IMG/VR virus record: IMGVR_UViG_3300014877_000064
Coordinates: 1-63,094 of that record
DNA length: 63,094 nt
Direction: 5' to 3' (one strand)
Source of the DNA: a virus
Taxonomy: Duplodnaviria > Caudoviricetes
This document shows, one piece after another, positions 1 through 7,780 of the stretch. How positions within the stretch are numbered: the first letter of the stretch is position 1; the number at the start of each line of letters is the position of its first letter. The position numbers and the translations under genes were made by a program. Under the pieces are notes generated by a model. It did not search any database. It worked only from the letters and a program-made list of their open reading frames with translations, and was not told the DNA's origin.

Positions 1-269
1 ATTTCAACGGCTCCACGTTCCCTAAATTCGGACTTATTTACCCTTGGGTCATTGACCAAGTAGATGTTGAAGTCGTAGGGAGTCTTGGCCCACTGTCTTT
101 GGATCTTCTGAACTGCCTTGGGGTTAGTCAGGAGAGCCCTGTCAGTCTTGTCTCGAAACGAGGAAGGCTTGTTCCAGTCTCCGACCGTCTTAAATTGACG
201 AATCGCCATGTCACTGAGTTGTTCAGCGACCAGCGATTCAATCAAATGCTGAAGTTGCGTCTTTGCCAC
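1..269 (-). CDS. Partial (3'-truncated by window edge) late protein with LIES-type N-terminal peptide; probable head-internal protein
   Basis: Manual translation from GTG at 269: MAKTQLQHLIESLVAEQLSDMAIRQFKTVGDWNKPSSFRDK..., open to base 1; TATTTA motif 6 nt upstream. Confidence 0.7.
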   Translation of the reverse strand, partial: MAKTQLQHLIESLVAEQLSDMAIRQFKTVGDWNKPSSFRDKTDRALLTNPKAVQKIQRQWAKTPYDFNIYLVNDPRVNKSEFRERGAVE

Positions 270-275
270 AACTTC

Positions 276-281
276 TAAATA
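276..281 (-). promoter_or_regulatory. Putative phage late promoter (TATTTA; TANYTA consensus)
   Basis: Same motif sits 5-10 nt upstream of several operon-first start codons in the window. Confidence 0.55.
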
Positions 282-285
282 TCAC

Positions 286-549
286 TTACTTGAGTCTGAT
301 GATTCCGTTTTCTACTTCATCGCATACTTGGTTGATGCGCTCAAGGCTTGGGTTGACATACATTTCTCCCATTAGGGAACCCATCTTCTGATAAAGGTCC
401 AGGTCAACCACCCAGGAACACTGGACCAGAAGGTCAGAGGCATGCGTCCAGGAATCCTCTGAGTAACCAAGAGACAATGTTTCTCGGTAGAGGTTTAACA
501 ACTTACGAGCCCATGCCTTGTGATTTGTGGTAGTGAAATGCTTTTTCAT
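286..549 (-). CDS. Hypothetical protein (87 aa)
   Basis: ATG at 549 lies immediately after the upstream stop (551); the longer ORF-track start overlaps the upstream gene. Confidence 0.6.
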   Translation of the reverse strand: MKKHFTTTNHKAWARKLLNLYRETLSLGYSEDSWTHASDLLVQCSWVVDLDLYQKMGSLMGEMYVNPSLERINQVCDEVENGIIRLK

Positions 550-550
550 G

Positions 551-1165
551 TTAGAATTGTACCCCGTCAATTTTAAGGTTATCGTACACAAACTCAACTG
601 CGATTACGTTGGCTTCTGGCCGCTCGTAGGCTGCACTACCAAAGTCTACACCCTGAATACGAACGTTTTCAAACTGCCAGGAAGAAATAACTTCACCTTT
701 GCTGTCCAGCCAGTTGATTTCAAAGGGAATCCTAGACTTCTTACAGGCAACAAAAAGCTTCTTGTGAAGTCCCTGTTCAACTGCTTCGGATCGAGCATGC
801 AGAGCTACAAGAATCACACTCTTCTCACGAAAGGACTGTGTTTCTCTGTGTGGACTAAATAGAATTTTCGGAAGGTCAACAGCCTTTACCAAAAAGGGAT
901 CAAAAGCATCTGTCCGAATAACAAATCTGTCGTGAAAAACAGGTGCTTCAACCTCTGGGGCAGTCATTGCTTCTTCTTCATCATCGGTGTCATCAACATC
1001 TGAACCTTCTTCTAAGGCTATTTCAGTCTTTAGTTTGAAGTGCTCTTCCAGAACGGAAGGAGACACGTGCACACTGGAAATCTTTACGGAAGGTTCTGGA
1101 GGTTCAATGGCGATGCTCACATGGTGAGGTTGCTTTGCTTCCCAGTCTTGTTTTTTGGTGGTCAT
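551..1165 (-). CDS. Tail-tube (T4 gp19-like) paralog with acidic N-terminal extension
   Basis: C-terminal WLDSKGEVISSWQFENVRIQGVDFGSAAY...IAVEFVYD resembles the gp19/tube pattern LD..G.....W.......vdFG.l.y.......v...yD. Confidence 0.55.
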   Translation of the reverse strand: MTTKKQDWEAKQPHHVSIAIEPPEPSVKISSVHVSPSVLEEHFKLKTEIALEEGSDVDDTDDEEEAMTAPEVEAPVFHDRFVIRTDAFDPFLVKAVDLPKILFSPHRETQSFREKSVILVALHARSEAVEQGLHKKLFVACKKSRIPFEINWLDSKGEVISSWQFENVRIQGVDFGSAAYERPEANVIAVEFVYDNLKIDGVQF

Positions 1166-4100
1166 GCCTCTACCTTTGATTCGATACCGTCTGTTTTGAC
1201 TTCAATGATTCTATCAGCGATTTCTTTGATTGGATTTACATGAGTGATTACAAGCACGGTTTTGAAATAGGACTTAAGGACTGTGAGAAGTTCCATACAC
1301 TTGATTGTGCTCTCCTCATCCAGGGCGCCGAAGCCCTCGTCGATGATTAGGATATCAGGTCTCGAAAGACTCGACAAGTTGATTAGGGCAACCCTCAGAG
1401 CCAGGGAGCATATCATCTTTTCCATTCCAGAGGCAAGTTCGATGATACGTCTAGAGTGACCATCCTCAATGTATACATCCATTACATTAGAAGTTATATC
1501 GGTTTCCAGGGTGACTTTGAAATCAACAATATTGTCGAGAATCTTGGTCAACTCAAAGTTGATTGCAGGAAGCTGGGTCTTGAGGACCATGGCAGGAATG
1601 CCATTCTTGGAGAAAGCCTGTTGAATACTTTCATAAACCTTGAGTTTCTCAAGGTCGGTCTTACACTCAGCTCTTTCCTTAGTAAGCTGCTTTAATTGCT
1701 CGTTCTTGCCGCCGAGCTTGACCAAAAGGTCACGGTGCTGACGTTCACGAGCCTCAGTGTCTTCAGTTAGCACGTCCAGAAGAAGTTTGTTCTTCTCTAG
1801 TTCCTTACGTTCAACCGTAGCCAACTTCGTAGCCATTTCCTGGTATTCAACTTCGAATCTCTCAAGGTTACTCTTAGCAAGGGAAATCTCACGCTTCCTA
1901 AGCTCCTTGCTACTTTCCATGGAGATGAACTCATTGCGAAGGATATCCTCCTGCTTGACAAGACTGTCGTAGTCCTTCAGCTTTTCAGCAATACGCTCTT
2001 TCACCAAGTCAGCCACCATACACTGCATGGACTCAACAGTGCCCTCCAGGGCTTCAACCTTCTTCTCTTGAAGATTGACCTTCTTTTTGTCCTCGTGACT
2101 ATCCTTAATGAACCTGCACGTAGGAAATTGATCCCCGCAAGGCACGGTTTCTAGCTTCTTTACGGATTTCTTCTGTTGACCCAGGGTACTGGTCTCAGTT
2201 GCAAGGGTTTCGCGAAGAATCGAGACTTCGCTCCTAAGGGACTCAAGCTTGGTTAACTTGTCCTGAAGGCTCTCAGTGTCAAACTGGACCTTCTTCTTTT
2301 GAAGGGCACTCAGCTTTGACTCTACACGAGCAACAGAGGCATCATGGCTCTCTTCCTCCCTAAGAAGAAGGGCCACTTTCTTTTCATGGGCCTCGATTGA
2401 CTTCTTTACCTCGTTAAACTTCTTGAGGCTGGTTCCATCCTGGTCGTTGGTGTGCTGCATCACCCAAAGACGAAGCTCATCCCTCCGGCGGGCGTTCGCA
2501 TTGATTTCACCCTGAATCTCCTCAACCTGTTTTTCAATCTCAGAAACTTCTGATGTGCCACGCTTTAGGGCATTACCCCAATCAAAGCCGCTATACTTCT
2601 TGGTCTTGTCGTTGAGAATGGCGAAGTCATCCTTGGCATAGGCGTGGAGCTTTTCGAAAATGTCAAGGTCCAAGAATCTCGAAAGAATGGCCTTACGTTG
2701 GGTTGCACCCTCCTCAATAAACCTATTGATTCCTCCCTGACTCGAAAAGGCAGTCAATAGGAAGTCCTGGGGCATACCAATGAGCTTTCGAATCTCCTTG
2801 TCTGTGTCATCACGAGTTACGGAGTTTTGCTCCTGAAGATTGCCATTGGCATCTATCTTGTAAAGGTTCAGAATGGTCGCAGTCTTGTCTTCATCCTTTT
2901 TCGAAGAACGTTTTGGGGTGTTTCTGACTGTTTCACGCTCAATGTAGTAGTCATTACCGGCTACGTTAATCAGAATCTTTGCAGAACAGTGCTTCTTGTT
3001 CTTGTTGATTACATGAGCATTCTTCATCGGTCCACGATCAGTCGTGTTGAATAAACCGTACATGATGGCGCCCACAATGGAAGATTTACCAATCTTGTTC
3101 GGTCCGAAAATACCTACGATACCTTCGAGATTCTCGAAGTTGACCGAATTGTTCTCTCCGTAACGAAAGATGTTGTCAAACTCAACGTTCTTCAGGGACC
3201 AGTTGACGTTGCGTACAACGGCATCCGTGTCTTCTGAGTTGAGTTGGTGAAGGTAACCCCTGATGATGGCTTCAGACTGGAACTTTTGTTCCTTGGTTAA
3301 TTTGTAGGTCTCCTCATAGGCCTTCACGTAGTCAGCATAGAAACGAATGAGAGTATCAGGGTCATTTCTGAGACTGGTCTTGAGAATCCTCTTACCGGCA
3401 GCCTCGATGGTTTCCATTTTGGACACGAGGTCATATTTGAAGATTACCTCAGAGGCGTTTCTATGGTCCCTTAGCTCATTGAAGATCTGACGAGCCTCGA
3501 TTTGTTGAATAGGCTGGGTTGAGGTGATACGGAAGCGGCTTCCAGGGATGTAGGCCCTGTCTCCCCTATTCTTCTCGATTGTCTTCAGGGTAGAGGGAAC
3601 CGTTCCAGCCCAGGGAACTGTTACGAAGGGAGCACGGTTGTCAAGCTCTACAAACTTGACGTCCCAGTCCTTGACGCTACGAATATCCCACACAAGGAAT
3701 CCCTTGTTTTCCTGCTCGCCGAAGTTCTGTTGGATTAAGGACCCGGGATAGCTGATATAGGGCTTGTTTTTTCCATACTTGTCCAAACGGTGAGCAAGGT
3801 TTTGGTTGCGATGGATATCTCCGAGCAGGACGAAATCCATACCCTTAAAGAAGGTAACATCCCTCTCGGCATCCGTCATTCGGAAGTTGCTGTCTGTCTC
3901 ACACCCAACAATGGACCCATGAAATAGGCCGATATTGATCTTGTTCTTGATGGGCTTAATTTCAGCCCAACCGTCGAGGTCAAAGGGCGAATACACATGA
4001 AAACAAACATCATCAGTTTTGATGCCGCCAATATTTGTAGAAGAGATGATTTCACTAAGGGAAACCGGCCCGGACTTCTTGAACAAGAAGGCATCGGGGT

Positions 4101-4410
4101 GGTTGATGGCCTCGTGAATTGGGGAAATGATATCCTGACGGTCACTGTTGGTCAGGTTACCGTCATGGTTTCCAAGAATGGTGATGGTTGGCGCAATGTC
4201 TGCCAGACTACGAAACATCCAGGAGAGGTTCTCGATAATTTCAGGAGTGATGCCTTGCGTCTTTGTGTGGAAGGTATCCCCAGTATTTACGATCAGGTCT
4301 GGCTGAATACGGCGCTTCAGGAGGTCAAAAAGCCTCTTGAAACTGTCCTCATATTCTTCGTGTCTTGCTATTCCTCGCCAATGTATGTCAGATATGTGGG
4401 CAATTTTCAT
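1162..4410 (-). CDS. Mre11/SbcD nuclease - Rad50/SbcC ATPase fusion (T4 gp47-gp46-like)
   Basis: Phosphoesterase motifs SDIH, TGD, GNHD, HG, GDIH, followed by Walker A GPNKIGKSS, Q-loop, coiled coil, signature ASGME, Walker B/D-loop IIDEGFGALD and H-loop ITH. Confidence 0.93.
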   Translation of the reverse strand: MKIAHISDIHWRGIARHEEYEDSFKRLFDLLKRRIQPDLIVNTGDTFHTKTQGITPEIIENLSWMFRSLADIAPTITILGNHDGNLTNSDRQDIISPIHEAINHPDAFLFKKSGPVSLSEIISSTNIGGIKTDDVCFHVYSPFDLDGWAEIKPIKNKINIGLFHGSIVGCETDSNFRMTDAERDVTFFKGMDFVLLGDIHRNQNLAHRLDKYGKNKPYISYPGSLIQQNFGEQENKGFLVWDIRSVKDWDVKFVELDNRAPFVTVPWAGTVPSTLKTIEKNRGDRAYIPGSRFRITSTQPIQQIEARQIFNELRDHRNASEVIFKYDLVSKMETIEAAGKRILKTSLRNDPDTLIRFYADYVKAYEETYKLTKEQKFQSEAIIRGYLHQLNSEDTDAVVRNVNWSLKNVEFDNIFRYGENNSVNFENLEGIVGIFGPNKIGKSSIVGAIMYGLFNTTDRGPMKNAHVINKNKKHCSAKILINVAGNDYYIERETVRNTPKRSSKKDEDKTATILNLYKIDANGNLQEQNSVTRDDTDKEIRKLIGMPQDFLLTAFSSQGGINRFIEEGATQRKAILSRFLDLDIFEKLHAYAKDDFAILNDKTKKYSGFDWGNALKRGTSEVSEIEKQVEEIQGEINANARRRDELRLWVMQHTNDQDGTSLKKFNEVKKSIEAHEKKVALLLREEESHDASVARVESKLSALQKKKVQFDTESLQDKLTKLESLRSEVSILRETLATETSTLGQQKKSVKKLETVPCGDQFPTCRFIKDSHEDKKKVNLQEKKVEALEGTVESMQCMVADLVKERIAEKLKDYDSLVKQEDILRNEFISMESSKELRKREISLAKSNLERFEVEYQEMATKLATVERKELEKNKLLLDVLTEDTEARERQHRDLLVKLGGKNEQLKQLTKERAECKTDLEKLKVYESIQQAFSKNGIPAMVLKTQLPAINFELTKILDNIVDFKVTLETDITSNVMDVYIEDGHSRRIIELASGMEKMICSLALRVALINLSSLSRPDILIIDEGFGALDEESTIKCMELLTVLKSYFKTVLVITHVNPIKEIADRIIEVKTDGIESKVEA

Positions 4411-5411
4411 ATATCAAGCAATTTTGCGATCCTTGTACGAAGAAAGTAGTCTGCATTAAAAGAAGTAGCACTCTTCAAAAGTGAAGTAAACTCACTTTGC
4501 GTCATCTCTCCAACATCTTTGAAATTTGGTGGAATATCAAGAATAGAAACCGAGATATCATACTCAAAAAGAAGCTGTGCAATCTTGAGTGTCTTTTCCT
4601 TGGCATCAGAATCCAAAGCAAGAACAACAGGGGTTTTGTGTTTGATAATCATCAAAAAGAGCTTGTACTCGGTGGTCAGTTCAGATCCAAGTAGGCAGGT
4701 TGCGTTAGTGTTACACTTAATAAGATCAAATGGTCCCTCCACAATGGTGAGGGGTTCCGACCAGTCGATGTTGATTTCATTGAACACAACATCCTCCCTA
4801 AAGATATTGGGATTCAAGTATTTTGGCCGTATATTTGGCAAAATAGCTCTACCTGTGTAGTAGTTTAGATTTCCATCAATATCGAAGGATGGCATGATTA
4901 CACGATTCAAAAAAGCTTGGTCCTCGACGGAGATTCCAAACTTCCAATACCATAGCCTGTCATCTCGATTTTGCAGCTTTAACTCTTCGCCAAATCTAGT
5001 TGACAGATAGTTCGTAGCTCCAATAGCTTCAAAATACGAAGTAGATACGTCATGATTAGCCAACAGTTTGAAGCCGCTCGGTAGACGGAGCTGTTCCTCT
5101 TCCTGGTTGTTGGCCTCTGCCTTGAGGTGAGTAGCTCCGATAAATTGTTCTACATACTCCTTAAAGTAACCCGAGTGGTACTTGCGAATTAAGTTAGCCA
5201 GATTTCTGGATTTATACCCACAGACCCAACAATGGGTCACGAAGTTATCAGTCCTGATTGCAAGCTTTCGCTTGGCATAGAAATGTCCCTTAGTTTCTAC
5301 ACAAACAGGACACACGACAGAAATGTTGGCACCCTGATTCGTCATAGAACCAGGACCAAATACCTTCTCTATAAAGTCAATCGCTTGACCTCTCGTATAC
5401 ATGTAAGTCAC
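4407..5411 (-). CDS. DnaG-type DNA primase (zinc finger + TOPRIM)
   Basis: CPVC...HCWVC zinc finger, RVIMP, YTGR, KYLN, IVEGPFD and LDSD TOPRIM motifs. Confidence 0.9.
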   Translation of the reverse strand: MTYMYTRGQAIDFIEKVFGPGSMTNQGANISVVCPVCVETKGHFYAKRKLAIRTDNFVTHCWVCGYKSRNLANLIRKYHSGYFKEYVEQFIGATHLKAEANNQEEEQLRLPSGFKLLANHDVSTSYFEAIGATNYLSTRFGEELKLQNRDDRLWYWKFGISVEDQAFLNRVIMPSFDIDGNLNYYTGRAILPNIRPKYLNPNIFREDVVFNEINIDWSEPLTIVEGPFDLIKCNTNATCLLGSELTTEYKLFLMIIKHKTPVVLALDSDAKEKTLKIAQLLFEYDISVSILDIPPNFKDVGEMTQSEFTSLLKSATSFNADYFLRTRIAKLLDI

Positions 5412-6112
5412 TCGTCCTGTTTTACAGGAATACGTCTATCGGCCTTGGGAGTATCCTCTAAAACAACCAATCTTGGTCTAGGATACTTGATGCTGCCCTT
5501 GAATACAGGAGAACCATAGTCATTCTCTCGTCTCCAGACAAACCAGGCATACTCTGTGTTGTCTGTTCCGTCTTTAGTAAATGCGGGTCTATTTGGCAGG
5601 ACAAACACATCAGGAGTATGAGTTCTCATGAACTCCGAACGCTCCTTGGATGCAAGGAAGTTCAACCTAAGAAGCATACAAACGTACTCTGACTTCAAGT
5701 CTATCGCTTTTTTAATGAAGCTTAAAGCGACACTATAAGGAGGATTTGTGATAACCACCTGAGGTGAGATGCCCAGGGCTTCGATATCAAGGGCGAGAAA
5801 GTCAGTTATCAACACGTGATTCTTGTCGATTTCCTTCTCAAGAGAAGCCTGAAGCCTTGGCTGAATCTCAATGGCAATCCAATCTGGTTTGTATTGCAAC
5901 ACAGAAGTCACACCGTTTTTCTTGATGGTGTGAAAATTACCTACAGCCCTAATAATGGCTCCATCTCCAGCGGATGGTTCCATCCACACGGGCGTAGAAC
6001 TATATGGGATTTCTGCTGCCTCCAGGAATCGTTTTACACACCACTCTGGAGTTGGGTAGTAGTCAAACGGATCACGTGGTGAGGACTTCTTATTACGTTT
6101 GGTTGCTGACAT
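5408..6112 (-). CDS. Orphan N6-adenine DNA methyltransferase
   Basis: DYYPTP, SAM-binding EPSAGDG, catalytic TNPPY, C-terminal YAWFVW. Confidence 0.85.
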   Translation of the reverse strand: MSATKRNKKSSPRDPFDYYPTPEWCVKRFLEAAEIPYSSTPVWMEPSAGDGAIIRAVGNFHTIKKNGVTSVLQYKPDWIAIEIQPRLQASLEKEIDKNHVLITDFLALDIEALGISPQVVITNPPYSVALSFIKKAIDLKSEYVCMLLRLNFLASKERSEFMRTHTPDVFVLPNRPAFTKDGTDNTEYAWFVWRRENDYGSPVFKGSIKYPRPRLVVLEDTPKADRRIPVKQDE

Positions 6113-6118
6113 ACCGCC

Positions 6119-6787
6119 TCAGGGATTAATTAGCTGGCCTCCACGAGAGATGACCCAGGCATCAGCCATATCTTGGTTGGTTTTATCCCAGACAACTTGA
6201 CCTTTAGACTTACCGGTTTTGGCAACGTGATTAGTCCACGGGAAAGAGGGGTTTCGAGCAAGAACTGCCTCGAACACCTTGGTCTTGGTATCCTTGGTCT
6301 TGTCCTTGTAGTTGATCTTAATGTTGAGGGCAGCACGGGCTGACCTAACGTTTACCATGATGGGTTGAATATCAAACCACTGGTAAACCATGTAGGAAAT
6401 AATGCCGTTAAACCGGCCTAGGGTCATGATGGTGTCGGCAGAGGAAAACCCTGGGGAGAACTTCTTGGCTGCCTCCTCGATAAAGACTTTTCGCACAATC
6501 CACTTGTCAGAAACCCAATCATTGGTGAAGTTATCAGCTTTTTCGTATTCATTGTCAAACTTGGTGAGCTTCTTGTGGGACAGGTGTAACATAGTCCCTG
6601 TGGAAGCCTCTAGAACGCAGACACCAACAACGGCAGTTGAGATATCCAGTCCAATGTCAACGACTACTTTACCCTTTTCTTCTTTTTGGGATGCTGTGCT
6701 GCCAGCTTGATCTTGTAGGCCCTTTTTAGGGGTAACACCATCTTGTCTGACCAAAACCGATATTCCGCCTTGTTTTGACTTGCCCAT
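6119..6787 (-). CDS. RuvC-like Holliday junction resolvase
   Basis: IGLDIST (first acidic), VFIEE, DMADA; start codon uncertain because it overlaps the upstream gene. Confidence 0.75.
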   Translation of the reverse strand: MGKSKQGGISVLVRQDGVTPKKGLQDQAGSTASQKEEKGKVVVDIGLDISTAVVGVCVLEASTGTMLHLSHKKLTKFDNEYEKADNFTNDWVSDKWIVRKVFIEEAAKKFSPGFSSADTIMTLGRFNGIISYMVYQWFDIQPIMVNVRSARAALNIKINYKDKTKDTKTKVFEAVLARNPSFPWTNHVAKTGKSKGQVVWDKTNQDMADAWVISRGGQLINP

Positions 6788-7116
6788 AATTTACCTGCTT
6801 CAGCTTTCTTTATGACCTTAAGATTGTTCAGTTGGTTTTGGCGCTTCACCTCCACGAGGAGGGTTTTGCCGTTGGCATAGTGAACCAAAAAGTCGGGGTA
6901 GTAGTTTCTTAGTCTCCCAGATTTCTTATTTGCAATATAGGGTATTTTGATGGACTCATAGGAGTAGGACACCACCTCGGGGTCATCATCAAGGTATAAG
7001 CAAATGGTGTATTCCCAGGAGGAACGGTAGTTGATCGGGGTAGTACACTTTGGACTCTTGTGGATGCCAGTCTTGTACCGGGACTTGCGTCGCCTCTTTT
7101 TCTTGATAACAGTCAT
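6664..7116 (-). CDS. T4 gp4-like head completion nuclease (TnsA-like PD-(D/E)XK)
   Basis: YRSSWE, YES..IPY, YYPDF, LVEVK motifs; start reassigned to ATG 7116 (MTVIKKKRRRK). Confidence 0.8.
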   Translation of the reverse strand: MTVIKKKRRRKSRYKTGIHKSPKCTTPINYRSSWEYTICLYLDDDPEVVSYSYESIKIPYIANKKSGRLRNYYPDFLVHYANGKTLLVEVKRQNQLNNLKVIKKAEAGKLWASQNKAEYRFWSDKMVLPLKRAYKIKLAAQHPKKKKRVK

Positions 7117-7157
7117 TTTCTTGATAAGTGGAAGACTACCAATTAAGGGAAGTACAT

Positions 7158-7163
7158 TAGTTA
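7158..7163. promoter_or_regulatory. Putative bidirectional late promoter (TAGTTA / TAACTA)
   Basis: Lies between divergent genes, inside near-palindrome ATTAGTTACTAAT, 5 nt before ATG 7169; fits TANYTA on both strands. Confidence 0.5.
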
Positions 7164-7168
7164 CTAAT

Positions 7169-7780
7169 ATGAGAAGTATTTGGTTGGTTGGCTTGTCTGT
7201 GTTAGGCCTCCTACTTGGAGGCTGCGGTCTCAACTTCTACGTAATAGACAACGACACCAACGTTATCCAGAACTCCTATAACCAACCCATCTTTTGGAGA
7301 GACTACCCCATGACGGTGGTCATTGACAGAAGGTTTTCAGACAGGAAGAAAAGGGATACCATCAGTGCCATTCAAAGGTGGAACATAGCGGCAGAGGCTA
7401 ATATTCTCACCTGGGAGTTTTCTGGAAATGGTCAGGACACAAGAGCCGATGGGTACGTCTGGACTACGGAGTGTCACCTTGGGATTGGTTCCCATGGACG
7501 ACAGGTCCTTGGGTCTGCCTATCGGTACTATGATACTGATGGCTCTGGTATTCCAGTTTCTATAAGAGGCGGGTATATCTGTATGTGGGATGAAATTGAT
7601 GAAGTCGACTGGTACCCTGTCATGCTACACGAACTTGGACATATTATTGGTCTGAATCATGACAGCTCCATAGAGTCCATCATGCAACCCTTTGCTACAT
7701 CCTCGACATTCATCATTATGCCAGATGACGTTTCCCATGTTCGTACGATGGCACGAAGAATGCAGCGAAATGACCGTTAA
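7169..7780 (+). CDS. Matrixin-like (metzincin) zinc metalloprotease lipoprotein
   Basis: Signal peptide with lipobox LLGG-C; HELGHIIGLNH zinc motif; Met-turn SIMQP; start reassigned to ATG 7169. Confidence 0.85.
   Translation: MRSIWLVGLSVLGLLLGGCGLNFYVIDNDTNVIQNSYNQPIFWRDYPMTVVIDRRFSDRKKRDTISAIQRWNIAAEANILTWEFSGNGQDTRADGYVWTTECHLGIGSHGRQVLGSAYRYYDTDGSGIPVSIRGGYICMWDEIDEVDWYPVMLHELGHIIGLNHDSSIESIMQPFATSSTFIIMPDDVSHVRTMARRMQRNDR

Noticed and set aside
5408-6787. Restriction-modification pair (methyltransferase + adjacent nucleases)
   Set aside because: The adjacent nucleases fit resolvase and gp4 families typical of phage cores, so the MTase is treated as an orphan
6664-7116. Tn7-like transposon (TnsA) or homing endonuclease
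   Set aside because: No tnsB/C or element ends; YRSSWE matches phage gp4-like head completion nucleases
7031-7233. Extended N-termini of the protease (7031) and gp4-like (7233) ORFs
   Set aside because: They would overlap head-to-head; ATG 7169 gives a proper lipoprotein signal and ATG 7116 begins the nuclease
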